DNA from: Lytechinus pictus
Taxonomy: Eukaryota
Reading direction: 5' to 3'
NCBI RefSeq assembly: GCF_037042905.1
Contig: NC_087245.1
Location: forward strand, 41,914,001 to 41,978,000
Length of the DNA: 64,000 nt
A model generated the notes under the pieces. That model saw only the letters and a list, made by a program, of their open reading frames with translations, was not told where the DNA came from and searched no databases. Within the stretch, counting starts at the first letter, position 1; every line of letters begins with the position of its first letter. Both the position numbers and the translations under genes were made by a program. Shown here piece by piece: positions 12,876-24,625 of this stretch.

Positions 12876-13724
12876 GAAAATGTCAGGAGGTTTTCAAGAG
12901 TTTAATTACTCTTTGCTGAAGTTTAGATACTTAACTTCATTTACTATGACAAAAGCTGCAGCTCTAATGATTGCCTTATTTTAATTCTTCATCATTGTCC
13001 CTGGCTAGATGAAAATGTTATCGGATGATGCTTGCCATGAGAGTTAGGCCTATGCTCTCCATTTACAGATTAAGTTATAGTTTTATAGCATTGATTGTAG
13101 CATTTGAGTTTAGTGACCTATTGCTGCAGAAAAATTAGTACCTTTATTTAGATTTATAAAATGCATATATAAATGCTGCTACTTTAGACAACTTCACCAT
13201 TTCAAATTATATCATACATGATTTTTTTTTACACTTTTGGCAATGCCTTACTGCAATATATATTAAAAAGTGCTGTTTGAACTCAATTTCACCTCGAACT
13301 TGTATTTTGGCATCATCATTGGTCAAGGATTCAACTATCAAATTTGTGTTCATTTTCCACGCAGGTAAGTCTTTTTCCCATCAGAATCACGATACCTACA
13401 TGCCACAATCACGTTATATCGACCTATTTACTTAAATTCCCTGACGTTATTGACATAGTTGATTGACCTCTAACCCCTAAATATATTTTTCATGGCCATT
13501 TTTATCCTTATTTCAGAGTGAAATTATTAAATCATCCAAGTTTTCATTACAAATAGCTATCTTTCTTTCTATTATTCACAAATAAAATGTGAATATAATG
13601 GATTAATTCTTTTTTGGGAATCATGCATGGATATATAAATATTTATTAACTTTTGACCTTTGACTTTGGATATCAAAGGTGAAGGAATATTTTTATGATT
13701 ATTTTGTGCCTTTTTATCTTCTTG

Positions 13725-14016
13725 TGGAGCGTTGTGGCCCAGTGGATCAGTCTACGGACTTTGAAACAGAGGGTCGTGGGTTCAAATCCCAGCCATGGCG
13801 TAATTTCCTTCGGCAAGAAATTTATCCACGTTGTGCTGCACTCAACCCAGGAGAGGTGAATGGGTACCTAGCAGTAATTTATTCCTTGAAATGCGTGTGC
13901 GCTGTAATCATAGTAATTACGGCTGCCAAGCTACAGCTGGGGTAATAATATCCAAGTCCTTAATTGTGATATGCGCTTTACAATATCTTTTTATTATTAT
14001 TATTATTATTATTATT
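13725..14016 (+). mobile_element. tRNA-derived SINE (Deu-domain-like), inserted in the right arm of the Academ-like element
   Basis: TGGCCCAGTGG A box, GGTTCAAATCCC B box, CACTCAACCCAGG..GTGAATGGGTACC core and (ATT)n tail; absent from the left arm. Confidence 0.85.
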
Positions 14017-14811
14017 GCAAAAATTGCTTTTTTTACACCAAAATCACCATCGTGCAGCGTTTTATGTCAGAGATACCATTATACGATATATAGCCTATGT
14101 AAAAAGGTCGTTGACCTTTGGCCTTGAACTTTATGGACTAATATGCATTCTAGGTGATTAACTTAATCTTATTTGTAAGAATCGGTGCATTTTGACACAA
14201 CTATCACCAACCGGTGCCGTTTCATCTCAGAGATACTATTATACAGTATGTTTGTAAAAAAAAGGTCATTGACCTTTGAAAGGCTTTTACCTTGAATGTT
14301 ATTGTTTAATGTGCATTATGGGTACTTAATTTTATTTTATTTGATCTTCCTGTAAGAACCTTTGCATTTTGACACCAATATCACCAACCTGCGCCTTTTC
14401 ATCTCAGAGATACCATTATACCGTATATGGCATATAATGTAAAAAAGGTCATTGACTTTTGAAAGGCTTTGACCTTGAATTTCATGGGTGAATGAGCATT
14501 GTAGGTACTTGATTTGATTTCGTTTGATCTTCCTGTAAGAATATGTGCATTTTGACACCATGATCACCAACCTGTAATATTTTATCTGGGAGATACCATG
14601 ATACAGTATATTAAATAAGGTCATTGATCTTTGACCTTGAAATAAAGCACTTTACCCATCCTATATTCCTCCTAACTTTTTTTGGTAAATGTTGACACCC
14701 ATACCTACTCAAATGAGTCAAAAACCATTTCCAATAATTTTATTCCAGATGGTTACTAATTACGTATGCGTGTGTGTGTGTGTGTGTGCGTGTGTATGTG
14801 TGTATATGTAT

Positions 14812-14847
<36 letters not shown>

Positions 14848-15404
14848 GTACATGATGTGTATGTATGTGTAGACATAATATATATGCAGCAGATTAGCTT
14901 TGCATCCCTCTCCCTATCTCTATTTTCTTTCTATATTCTAGGCAGTCGTCATCGTACTATTGTCCACCCTCATGTACCGTCCTGTGTTGTGTTGTGTCGT
15001 GTTATTGTCTTTTGTCTCTTAATTTCACAATCCTGTATATAAGATTTTTTTTGCCCCTTCCGTTATCTTCATGTATTCCTTTACGTATATTTCAATATTT
15101 TTTCTATCCTAACTTTTTGAGGGGTTCACATTTTACAAGCTTTGCTTTTCAGTGGACCCCTCCATTCTTCTCATGATATATGATTATATTGATTTAATTA
15201 TATTTAATTATATTGATTATATTGATTTAAATTTGACATGCATGTTAATTTTTATTTGAATCACTTATTGAATGTGTATATTATTTATTCAATGTTGAAT
15301 TTTGTTCATGCTATTATTTGAATTGAATTGATTTATCATGTAATTATTTGTATTATGTTGAAGAATGAAAATAAATTGAATTGAATTGAATTGAATTGAA
15401 TTGA

Positions 15405-15870
15405 ATGTAGGTGACAGAGAAAAGCCCACTCTTTTGTTCCTAAACTGTTGTATGGCAATCAAAGTGGCTTTATTACATTGCAGAAACGTTTTTTTGCCTC
15501 AATGGGGGCTTCAAAATGGCAGATTTTCCCATAAAGAGGCAAAATACGGAAAAGGGATGGGTGATTTTGGCAGCCCCCTGAGTGGGGTAGGCTTCGATTT
15601 CCAAGCACTTCTTTACATGGAGCTGATAGAGAAAGAAACAGCTCTATCGTCTCCAAATAGTTGTAAGACAATTTAAGTGGCCTGCTATACAGTGAATACA
15701 CCTTTTTGCCACAATGGGGGGGGGTCCAAAATGTCAGATTTTTCCATAAATAGGCAAAACAATGAAAAGGGGTGGGTAACTTCGGCAGCCGCCTGAGTGG
15801 GGTAGGTTCCGACTTCCCAGCACTTCTTTGCATTTAGCTGATATAGAGAAAAGACTAATATTTTGTTTAT
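15405..15870. repeat. Right part of the older repeat interrupted by the Academ-like element
   Basis: Two tandem units homologous to 10480-10680. Confidence 0.65.
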
Positions 15871-16639
15871 GAAACTGATGACCCCTTTACCCTATCAACT
15901 GGGTGATTTCAAGTCCGGTGTTGGCGATGGTGTTGGAAGCACAATTTGGATTGCTTCCCCTGGTTCAAAAAACTATTCGAAGTTTGTAAAACTGATCCAG
16001 ATCAGATTATTGACACACCTCAACAACCAGTGAGTGACTTTTCATTTTATGTTTGGTGTTATATGACCTCAACACCAAAAGGTCAACACTGATTTTTTGG
16101 GGGGGGATTTGATTTATTTTATTTAAATACGGTAAAAAGCCCTGAACGTGAAATCATCCAATGAATGACCTTTTAACAGAATACAGAAAATGATAGTACA
16201 CGAAAATCCTTGTCTCTATATTGATTTTATAATGGGAACAAAATAGTACTGGTACTTTTAAAAAGGACAGATAATCGGCTTGTTACGATCGTTTTCGTTC
16301 GCGGAGCGGGGGTGGCCGCACCTTTTCGAGACAACCGGGGGAGCTTTTCACGAAAGGCAGTGCTGAGCAGTTTCTTGTACCGTTGTTTATTTGTGTGTCT
16401 GTGTAAATTTGTGTGATAGTATGGAGACCGCATATGAGGTGAGGTTTTGATTTGATTTGATTTGATATATTTATTTACCAACAATATTCACATGTTTACA
16501 GATGATGAAACAAATTGCATAACAGTTACACATTGTGTAAAATGCGATGGTAAATGGGACCAGAAAATAGCACAAGTGCTAATCGAGCCTGGCCCCACAA
16601 ATATTACAAAATGCACATTTAAGAAGGAAAAACAAAACA

Positions 16640-17345
16640 AAAATTGAAATTGCAATATATTCCTTGTATCTTAATTGTAATATGTATCTACTTTAGACTT
16701 ACATGTTGTGTGATTATTTGAAAACAAATAACTTTTTAGAGAATTCCTAAAGCTTTTTCTTGATTTCTTCAATTCAATTTCAACTGGTACTTAATTTCAG
16801 AGATTTCTACCTAGAAAAGAAAGTGAAAATTGGCCTTGAGTTGTTTTTTATTCTTGGAAGATTTACTTGTTGGCCTTTCTTCTGTCTAGTAGGATAATTG
16901 TGCTCAATTTATGTAACAATAACCTCCTAAGGAGTGAGGTACAGTAGAGTAGGGTATTATTACGCAGATCATACATGAAGGTACAGACTGATAGATTATG
17001 CAAATCATAAACATTAAGAATCTTTAAATCATTAAATACAGGGTGAGAATGAGCTTGCCAGTGACTAAAGGTAGTTGCACGCACAGACGCACTGCCATTT
17101 TTGGGAAAGATATATATACAATTCTGGGGGGCGTTTCATGAAAGGACTTGTCGGACGTTTTATCCGACAAGTCCCATTTTATCCGACAGTTACCATAGTA
17201 ACAGTACCTCTCAGCCAATCAACATAAGAGAAAGATGTCAGATCTGACAACTTGTCGGATGAAAATGTTGATGAAACACTCCCCAGGCTGCTCTTGTACG
17301 TACTCCCCCACACCTCCATGCCGTAAGTGAGATGTGATTCTATAA
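16640..17345 (-). mobile_element. CR1/L2-like LINE ORF2 3' fragment, split by a MITE
   Basis: FIESHLTYGMEVWGSTYKSSL ... AHSHPVFNDLKILNVYDLHNLSVCTFMY are typical post-RT LINE motifs. Confidence 0.7.
17124..17286. mobile_element. CTGGGG-family MITE
   Basis: CTGGGGGGCGTTTCATGAA ... TTGATGAAACACTCCCCAG; homolog of 1754-1897. Confidence 0.85.
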
Positions 17346-18746
17346 AAACTTTGTGGGTGGGGATGTGTGTGGGTGCATGTGTGTCATCTTTGGAATACTT
17401 CGACGGACATTTGCATTTAAAAAAAAGAAGGAAAGAAGGAAGGAAAAAACACAAATTTTGTGCATTTTCATTTAGGCTTATTTGTTTTCAATAGTCTCGG
17501 CGGCGCGCGTCGACCGGGTTCTGCGGTACATGGTAACTATTATATTAGTACTAGCTAGCAGCTTGCGAATGAAAGCCAGTTTCCAAGTAATTGCTTCAGT
17601 GGTGTATAGATGAGGGGGGGGGGGGACTCCGGGCGCTTGCCCCCCCCCCCCCCCACCCCGAAAAAAAAAGAACATTATGCCATACATGATTCGATTTTGT
17701 TAAAGATGAAAATGTCAAAAATTTTGCTGTCTCAAAACTTTTTTTTTTTTACCAACTTAGCCCGATACGCCATAACTGACCCCCTCAAAATCTTTGGCTC
17801 ATTCTAGTACTGATATGATTCATTACAATTCTATGGAAATGCAAATTTATTCAGAATAGAATACGCTATTTCTCTTAATAATTCCATTGTTTTATATGGC
17901 TTTGTGATATTGTTGGAGGTCTAGAATTACTTCATTAATATGCAATTTTACTAAAAATTCACAAAAAACTGCCAGTTCTCTTCTTTTTCTCCTAATTATC
18001 AGTGGCGTAATGAGCCAACAATTTTGAGAGGGTCAGATATGTCGTATCAGGCAAAATGTACAAAAATCTTCATTTTGTATCAGATTTTGACATAAAAATA
18101 TTCAGAAAATTATATCATATTTCACCTTTTTCTCTTTTATTTTCTTTCCTTTTTTTTATTCGTCGTTTTTTTTTTGGGGGGGGGGAGCGAGCCAAGCCCC
18201 CCCCCCCCATCTGTGCACTCTACCAATAATCTATTAATATCATATGCAGAGTATTAGACATGCAATGTATTGTTTTCGTCTTTTCTCCGTTTAAACCTCT
18301 CCAATTTCTCTCTCTTTCCCCTTCTTCCTTCGTCTTACTTTTCTCTGTTTTTCTCATTATGTGCAGGCTGTAGGGTGCCCTTTGTTATGCATTTTGTTAA
18401 TAACTGTTATGCAATTTGCTCTTGCACTGTTCATAATGTTTATTCCTATGCTAGTTAATTCATGGTAGTAGAATTTGCATTTTTGTATGTCATGCTTCGT
18501 CTCTTTATTGCCTCTCTCTCTTTCATTTCAATCTACCCCAGTTCTCTTCTTCTTCTTCACCTTCTTCTTCTTCTCTCTCCCTCACCGCCTCTCTCTCTTT
18601 CTCTCACTCTGAATACTGTATACATGTATCTGACAATTATTTTGATAGTATACTTTTGCTGTTGTGTTACTTTGTGGCATGATCATTGTTGTCACGTTCG
18701 ACTATTGCGTATTCTCTGACCTGGAAACATTTAAGTTCTCACAATA

Positions 18747-19554
18747 CAGTGCGTCCCACAAAAAACGAAACCGAGATTTATCATAATTTAATCACAAATA
18801 CAATAGACAAATGACCTACCGTTGTAAAGCTTAGAATCTCCTCTTTCATCTGAAATTCCTTAGACTATTTCTCATTTACGCATGAGTGAGCAAAAACAAT
18901 TTGAATAGGGGATACCAAAAAGTCATTTGGCGGGCTGTATCTGGGTTTCAAAAAGAAAACCACATTTTTAAAGAGTTCAATATCTGCTCTTTAATTTGAT
19001 ACCTCAATTACAGAAAATGGTCAAGAAATAACAAAGTTCTGGTTATTTGAAATAAGGCTTGAATTTCAACAATTTCATAAAATTAAGAGTTTCTACAGGC
19101 TAGCGTTCAACTCACATGACACTCCGTTTTGTTGACGATCAGCCATGCATTAAGTCTTTTGTTAACCATGCGATAGCTTCTGTGGGTAACCGGTGAAAAC
19201 ACGTTTAATTAATGAAATTATGGAAATACAAGCATTGTTTCGAGGGAACATAACTTTTTTACTTCTTGACCATTTTTGTGATTAAGGTATCAAATAAAAG
19301 AGCAGATATTGAACTTTTTAGGCATGTGATTTTCTTTTTGAAATTCAGATACCCCCCGCCAAATGAGTTTTTTGGTATCCTTTCTTCAAATTGTTTTTGC
19401 TCACTCATGCGTGAATGAGGAATAATCTAAGTAATATCAGATGAAAGAGGAGATTCTAAGCTTTACAACGGTAGGTCATTTGTCTATTGTATTTGTGATT
19501 AAGTTATGATAAATCATCGCTAAATCTCGGTTTCGTTTTTTCTGGGACGCACTG
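18747..19554. mobile_element. Tc1/mariner-type MITE with long TIRs
   Basis: TA|CAGTGCGTCCCA...TGGGACGCACTG|TA; inverted arms longer than 300 bp. Confidence 0.92.
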
Positions 19555-19594
19555 TACATGCAGAGCTCTGCACCTCCTTAGGCTTTACTATCTG

Positions 19595-19900
19595 ATAATA
19601 GCATAACGTTGTTTACATGAACATTTCATATTGAAAGTATATGATAATTGCACATGGAAACAAACACTCTTTATTATTAAGTTCTTTGTTTTAATAAGTA
19701 ATGCATCTAAACATATTTTGCCCTTTTATACCGATTCTATTTGTGTATATTTGTATACCCCGACTAGTGAGGAGAGCTTCACAACAGAAACTTGTTTTTC
19801 TTTTAGTCATCCTCAGGCACTAGTCGGTGGTAATTTCTCCCTCTTGTACATATTCTTGCTGTCTTTTGCCTGTAAATAAAATAAATAAATAAAAATAAAC
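19595..19900 (+). mobile_element. LINE-like 3' tail, homologous in inverted orientation to 23200-23495
   Basis: Shared CACATGGAAACAAACACTCTTTAT and TAAGTTCTTTGTTTTAATAA; (AAAT)n tail. Confidence 0.6.
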
Positions 19901-19988
19901 CATGATGGCCTTCCCTACACTTCTTGCTTTGTTGATATAATGACTCTTTTTCATGAGCAGTTAACCCCGGGCAGTTAACCCACTCATA

Positions 19989-20144
19989 CACTGCAAAAAA
20001 TATGGGGTAAATTTGTTGTTGGTCAAATATCTTTAAAACATAATTGGGGATAAGTTGACCAATAATTTGATGATATATTGTATTTGTTTACGTTTCCAAC
20101 TGTTGGGGTTATGAATACCGTGGAGTGGTAATTTTTTTGCAGTG
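19989..20144. mobile_element. Short CACTG-terminated MITE (CACTA/EnSpm-like ends)
   Basis: TA|CACTGCAAAAAAA...TTTTTTTGCAGTG|TA. Confidence 0.7.
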
Positions 20145-20179
20145 TATTGTGCAATACAATAATGAGTCAGTTCTACATG

Positions 20180-21190
20180 GATCCCACTGCTTGAATGCTT
20201 CATTATTTCCATCCAAGTCTTGCCCTCTTCTTTACTTTGTAGAAGAGTCTTCGCGTTTCTTGCCAGTATACATAGTCCATGCTATCAAGCTCCTGGATTG
20301 TCAAGTGATCAGCACAATATGTCACACCCCGTTAGCTTCGAATATTTAGTCCTTGTAGCACACCACTCGGTGTCTTGGTGGTGAATATGAATACTTGCTT
20401 GGATCACGAGATCTCTGGACATGGTGTTAATAAGAGTACAAATGAGCATTTACCCATACGAGCGACATTCATAAAGTCATGATAAAGGCTTAAAGTGTAT
20501 ATAAACATCTTTCTCAGATACAGGAATCGTGATTAGACGTTCTTGCTGAATCCACTTGCTGCTTCAGGATGAAGCATCCATTTTCTGTTCTTTCTTCTTT
20601 GATAAATCTCCTAAGGATGGCTACCATCTCCAAATATTGTAGCTATAGTTTATAAGCAATCATATGCAAACAATGATATCAATTTCCTGATATTTATGGC
20701 AAAACAGAAATTCCTCAGTGAGACAATGAACAAACAAGTAGACTTTAACAGATTGAGGCATATAATACATAATTTGTTGACCGGATTGACAATGATCCAG
20801 GCTGCAACAATTAGCATGTTGGGAGCCCTTACTATCATGCGCTATAAATACATAGGAATAGTATTATTGAAGGCAAAAGATATTTACTCTTAGTATTCAC
20901 CACTGATCGTGATGATGATGATGATGATGATGATGATTCTACAAGTCCTGGGACCCAGTCCTGACCCAGGCATGGCTAGATAACATTGTTTAGTCGAGAA
21001 GGTGTAGCCAAACTACTGATATTCTCACCAGATCTTACCTGCCATAAGTTTGCTTTTCCTGGCCTCCCTTCTTTATACGGTGAAATTACAAGAAAGTCTT
21101 TGTTGTTCCAATCCATATAAGAAAGGGTTGTCAACTTTAACAACCTACACACCAATTCAAATACTGTGCTTTGTTCTTGCTAATCCCATC
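20180..21190 (-). pseudogene. Decayed Academ-type transposase (catalytic region)
   Basis: Minus-strand pieces in order: LMAG, TMLSSHAWVR, KL*LQYLEMVAILRRFIKEERTEN/WMLH, FKQWDP. These resemble the remembered LM.GSG, HMLSG.A..RA and KLWLQY..MV.IL..FI.AERTG.W.LH motifs. Many stops. Confidence 0.65.
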
Positions 21191-21769
21191 ATCAGACTAA
21201 CAACACGGCTTTAGGAAGAGAAGAACATATTTCCAGTATGTTTCCTTGAATAAAATTTATATTAGGATAAATTTGCATCCTTAGTGATAGCAGCATATTA
21301 ATTTGAACAAATGAAATGTTTTCACTGCAGTCAATGTGAGAAAAATCAAAATTTCTTGAAATTTTCCATATAAGGATACTTATTTGCATAATATGCAAAT
21401 GAGGCAGATTTGCTAGCTCTTTTTAAAATAAAAACATTAAACTTATCAATTCATCATGAACTTTTGTTCAAATTACTTGCTTTGGACATTTTAATTTGTA
21501 ATCTTTGGATTATTTTCCTTATTTTCTATTTTTAATGGCTAATTTGCATGATATGCAGATTAATTTTCAGGCATTGGGATGAATTATCATGCTTAGTGAT
21601 AGTAGCATATATGTCAACATTTCAACACTAATGAAATATTTTCAAGCAGCCTATATGAGAAAAATCACAATATCTTGACATTTTTTCCATATATGGATGC
21701 TTATTTGCATAATATGCAATTGGGGTATTTTTTTTTGCACTTTTGATTAAAGACATTGGATTCAGTTTA

Positions 21770-22130
21770 GTTTCAGTCCTCTTTCACTTTACTTTTCTCT
21801 TTTCTCATTTTCTCTATCTTTCCTCTCTACTTTACTTTCTGTTCTTCTTCTCCACTCTCTGTTTCCCTTCCCTTTGTTTAAACTATCAATTTCATTCTCT
21901 TCTTCCTACTTTACATGTTTTTTCTCTTTGTCACCTTTCTTTTCTCCCCCACCCCAATCCCCCTTCTCTCTCCTTTTGTCTTTCCTTTCTCGTCTTCTTT
22001 CTTTCTATTTCTCCCCTTCCAATTCTCTCTTATCTCCATTTACCTTCCTATTTTTTCCCTCTCCCCTCCCCTTTCTCCCTTCTTCCTTTATCTTTTTCCT
22101 TCTCCCTTTCTCTCTCTCCCTTATTGCCCT
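21770..22130. repeat. CT-rich low-complexity tract
   Basis: Pyrimidine-rich simple sequence. Confidence 0.85.
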
Positions 22131-22149
22131 TAAACAAATAATATGCTTA

Positions 22150-22431
22150 GATTAAAATCCCAATGATATTTATCATACCACGACCCAGACGTAGACTGTT
22201 TTGGTCGGAGGAAGCCCAGTCGGAGTAGTGCTCATCTGAACAGAGTTACTCCGACCTTCCTCCGACAAAGATACACCTAACCGTTTCAAGGAGTAGGGCT
22301 TATCTTGGTCGAAGGAAGGTCGGAGTAACTCTGTCCAGACGGACACTACTCCGACATTTCATCCGACCAAAACAGCGTACGTGTACGTCTGGATTATGAT
22401 AAGATAAATGTCTCTAATTGGAATTTTAATC
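22150..22431. mobile_element. Foldback MITE
   Basis: Imperfect inverted arms of ~125 bp (GATTAAAAT...TGTTTTGGTCGGA...ACAGAGTTACTCCGACCTTCC and its complement). Confidence 0.8.
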
Positions 22432-23199
22432 CATGTATAATAAAAATTTCAAGTTTCTAGGCCCGTCTTGTAGATAAGTTTTTAAAATGATGAGTATTAT
22501 ATCAGAAGTAAAATTAACAAATTTGTTGGCTTACTTTTGGCAACAAATGTGATGAAAAACATTTGCTGAGAAATAATGAGATTAGTTTGATAATATCAAG
22601 GCAACTTTAAATGGGAAGAATAATTCGATTCGATTTTTTTGTTACTTATGCATATTATGGCTAACCAAATATGACAATGATTGCGTGAGACATTCCTATA
22701 ACTGTTCCAAGTTGACTTTTTGGTATGTCGATGTCTTTTACTATATGGTTAACAAGAACAGCGAACGATGTGATGGTTCCAACTTCAACAAATTGAATCA
22801 TCCAAGCACCAAGAAGAATTAGAAGTTTGCTTGCCATTATCTCTATCTATAGATATCTCTCTTGCTTGTCAAAATAATGTCGAGGTAGAGAATTGTTCTT
22901 TTTGACTGAAGGAGACAAGTGTTGTTTCATATTCGAAAACCCCCAAAAATCTCACTTATAACAATTTTAACATTACGCACGAATATATCACGTTATCGCA
23001 CGTACACAGGCGTAAATCAGCACGATTTTTTTTTTGTTCAGGGGGTGGGGGTGATAATTGTTTCACCCCCCCCCCTTCAATAGAACGACGTCACGACTTA
23101 CGCCAATGCGCACGCATGTGTTATTGTTATCTTCAGCAGATTTTGATTGTTTTTTTTTTCAATCAAGGAAACACGTAAAAGTCCGGGTAGTTTTATTTA

Positions 23200-23640
23200 T
23201 TTGTTTTATTTATTTTATTTGCAGGCAAACGTCATGAAGAATATGTACAAGATGACGAAATTACAACCCACTAGTCCCTGGGGATGACTAAAAGAAAAAC
23301 TAGTTTCTGTTACGAAGCTTACAAATATACATAAATAAAGTCAGTATAAAATGGCAATGTTTAGATGCATTACTTACAATTTATTAAAACAAAGAACTTA
23401 AAGATAAAGAGTGTTTGTTTCCATGTGCAATTATAATATCCAGTCAATTTGAAATATTTATGCATTTAAATAAACAACGTTAAGCTATTATCTTTAACTC
23501 CATCGTTTGCGTAAAGATTGTAAGGAATAATTTGATCTGGTAGATCATTCCGGTCACCGTTGTCACAGCCATGCAAACAATATGTTTGGATATGGAAGGT
23601 TCAGTTTAAACATATTAAAAGGTTTATTTTAGAAGGTTCT
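23200..23640 (-). mobile_element. CR1-like LINE 3' fragment
   Basis: RNDLPDQI (WN.LP-like) on the minus strand, followed by a tail homologous to 19595-19900. Confidence 0.5.
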
Positions 23641-23799
23641 TAGTAATCACCTTCGTATTGACACATTCTGCATGGATTTCTGTCTAATGATGTTAATAAT
23701 AATGGTGATTTTGATAATAATAATGATGATGATGATGATAATAATGATAATAACAATAAAAGAATGATAATGATAACAATGATAATAGTCATGATAATA

Positions 23800-24121
23800 A
23801 TAATAATATGTCCATTATATAGCGCAATTAATATGTGCATGTACCCAACTGCACTTTTGATACTTGGTATGATACACCGTCTGTAGCGGAGCCGCAATAT
23901 TATTAGGCGCTAAAGCGTTCAGGGAATAATTCAATTCAATTCAATTCAAATAAACATTTATTTTCTTTCATTTTATTACACTTTTCGTAAACATTAATAT
24001 TCATACAAATTCATACACTGAAAAATCAATATATCCGACTCATTCCCATCCACCTCACCTGGGTCGAGTGCAGCACAATGTTGATAGATTTCTTGCCGAA
24101 GGAATGTACGCCATGGCTGGG
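23800..24121 (-). mobile_element. Partial Deu-like SINE, interrupted
   Basis: CCCATCCACCTCACCTGGGTCGAGTGCAGCACAA...CGCCATGGCTGGGAT matches the reverse complement of the 13725 family. Confidence 0.7.
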
Positions 24122-24339
24122 ATAATAATAAAAATAGTGATAAAAATAATAATGATGATAATAATAATAATAATAATTATATTAATGATAATACCTGTTA
24201 CAGCCCCTTTTCCAGATGAGACGTGTGGTGTAGCGCTTCTCAGCTGATGGTCCACGAGAATTGGCCAACAATATATCATTAAGAATATATTTGTCTAATT
24301 GAAATGAAATTTAATTTGGATTTGAAGTCCACAGCATGT

Positions 24340-24625
24340 TGATAATAATAATAATGAAAGGCATTTAAATAGCGCCATCTATCTAGAAATATTATATTCC
24401 GAGGCGCGTTGTTATTATTACCCCGGCTTTAGCTGGAGCTGCCTTCCAGCGCTCATGCATTCAAGGAATTAATCCTGCCGGGTACCCATTCACCTCACCT
24501 GGGTTGAGTGCAGCACCATGTGGATAGATTTCTTGCTGAATGAAATTACGCCATGACTAGGATTCGCACCCACGACCCTCTGTTTCCAAGTCAGAAGACT
24601 TATCCACTGGGCCACAACGCTCCAC
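24340..24625 (-). mobile_element. Full-length Deu-like tRNA SINE
   Basis: Reverse complement of the 13725 family: head ...CCACTGGGCCACAACGCTCCAC, core GGTACCCATTCACCTCACCTGGGTTGAGTG and (TAA)n tail. Confidence 0.85.

Larger units (their letters stand above)
10701..14758. mobile_element. Academ-like DNA transposon relic with ~1 kb internally repetitive TIRs
   Basis: Starts TAG (10701) and ends CTA (14758). Arms 10701-~12000 and ~13430-14758 are inverted copies. Contains a decayed transposase. No clear TSD. Confidence 0.7.

Noticed and set aside
19595..23495. Inverted repeats as TIRs of one element around the Academ relic
   Set aside because: They are diverged, carry simple-repeat tails and one adjoins LINE coding remnants, so two independent LINE 3' ends fit better.
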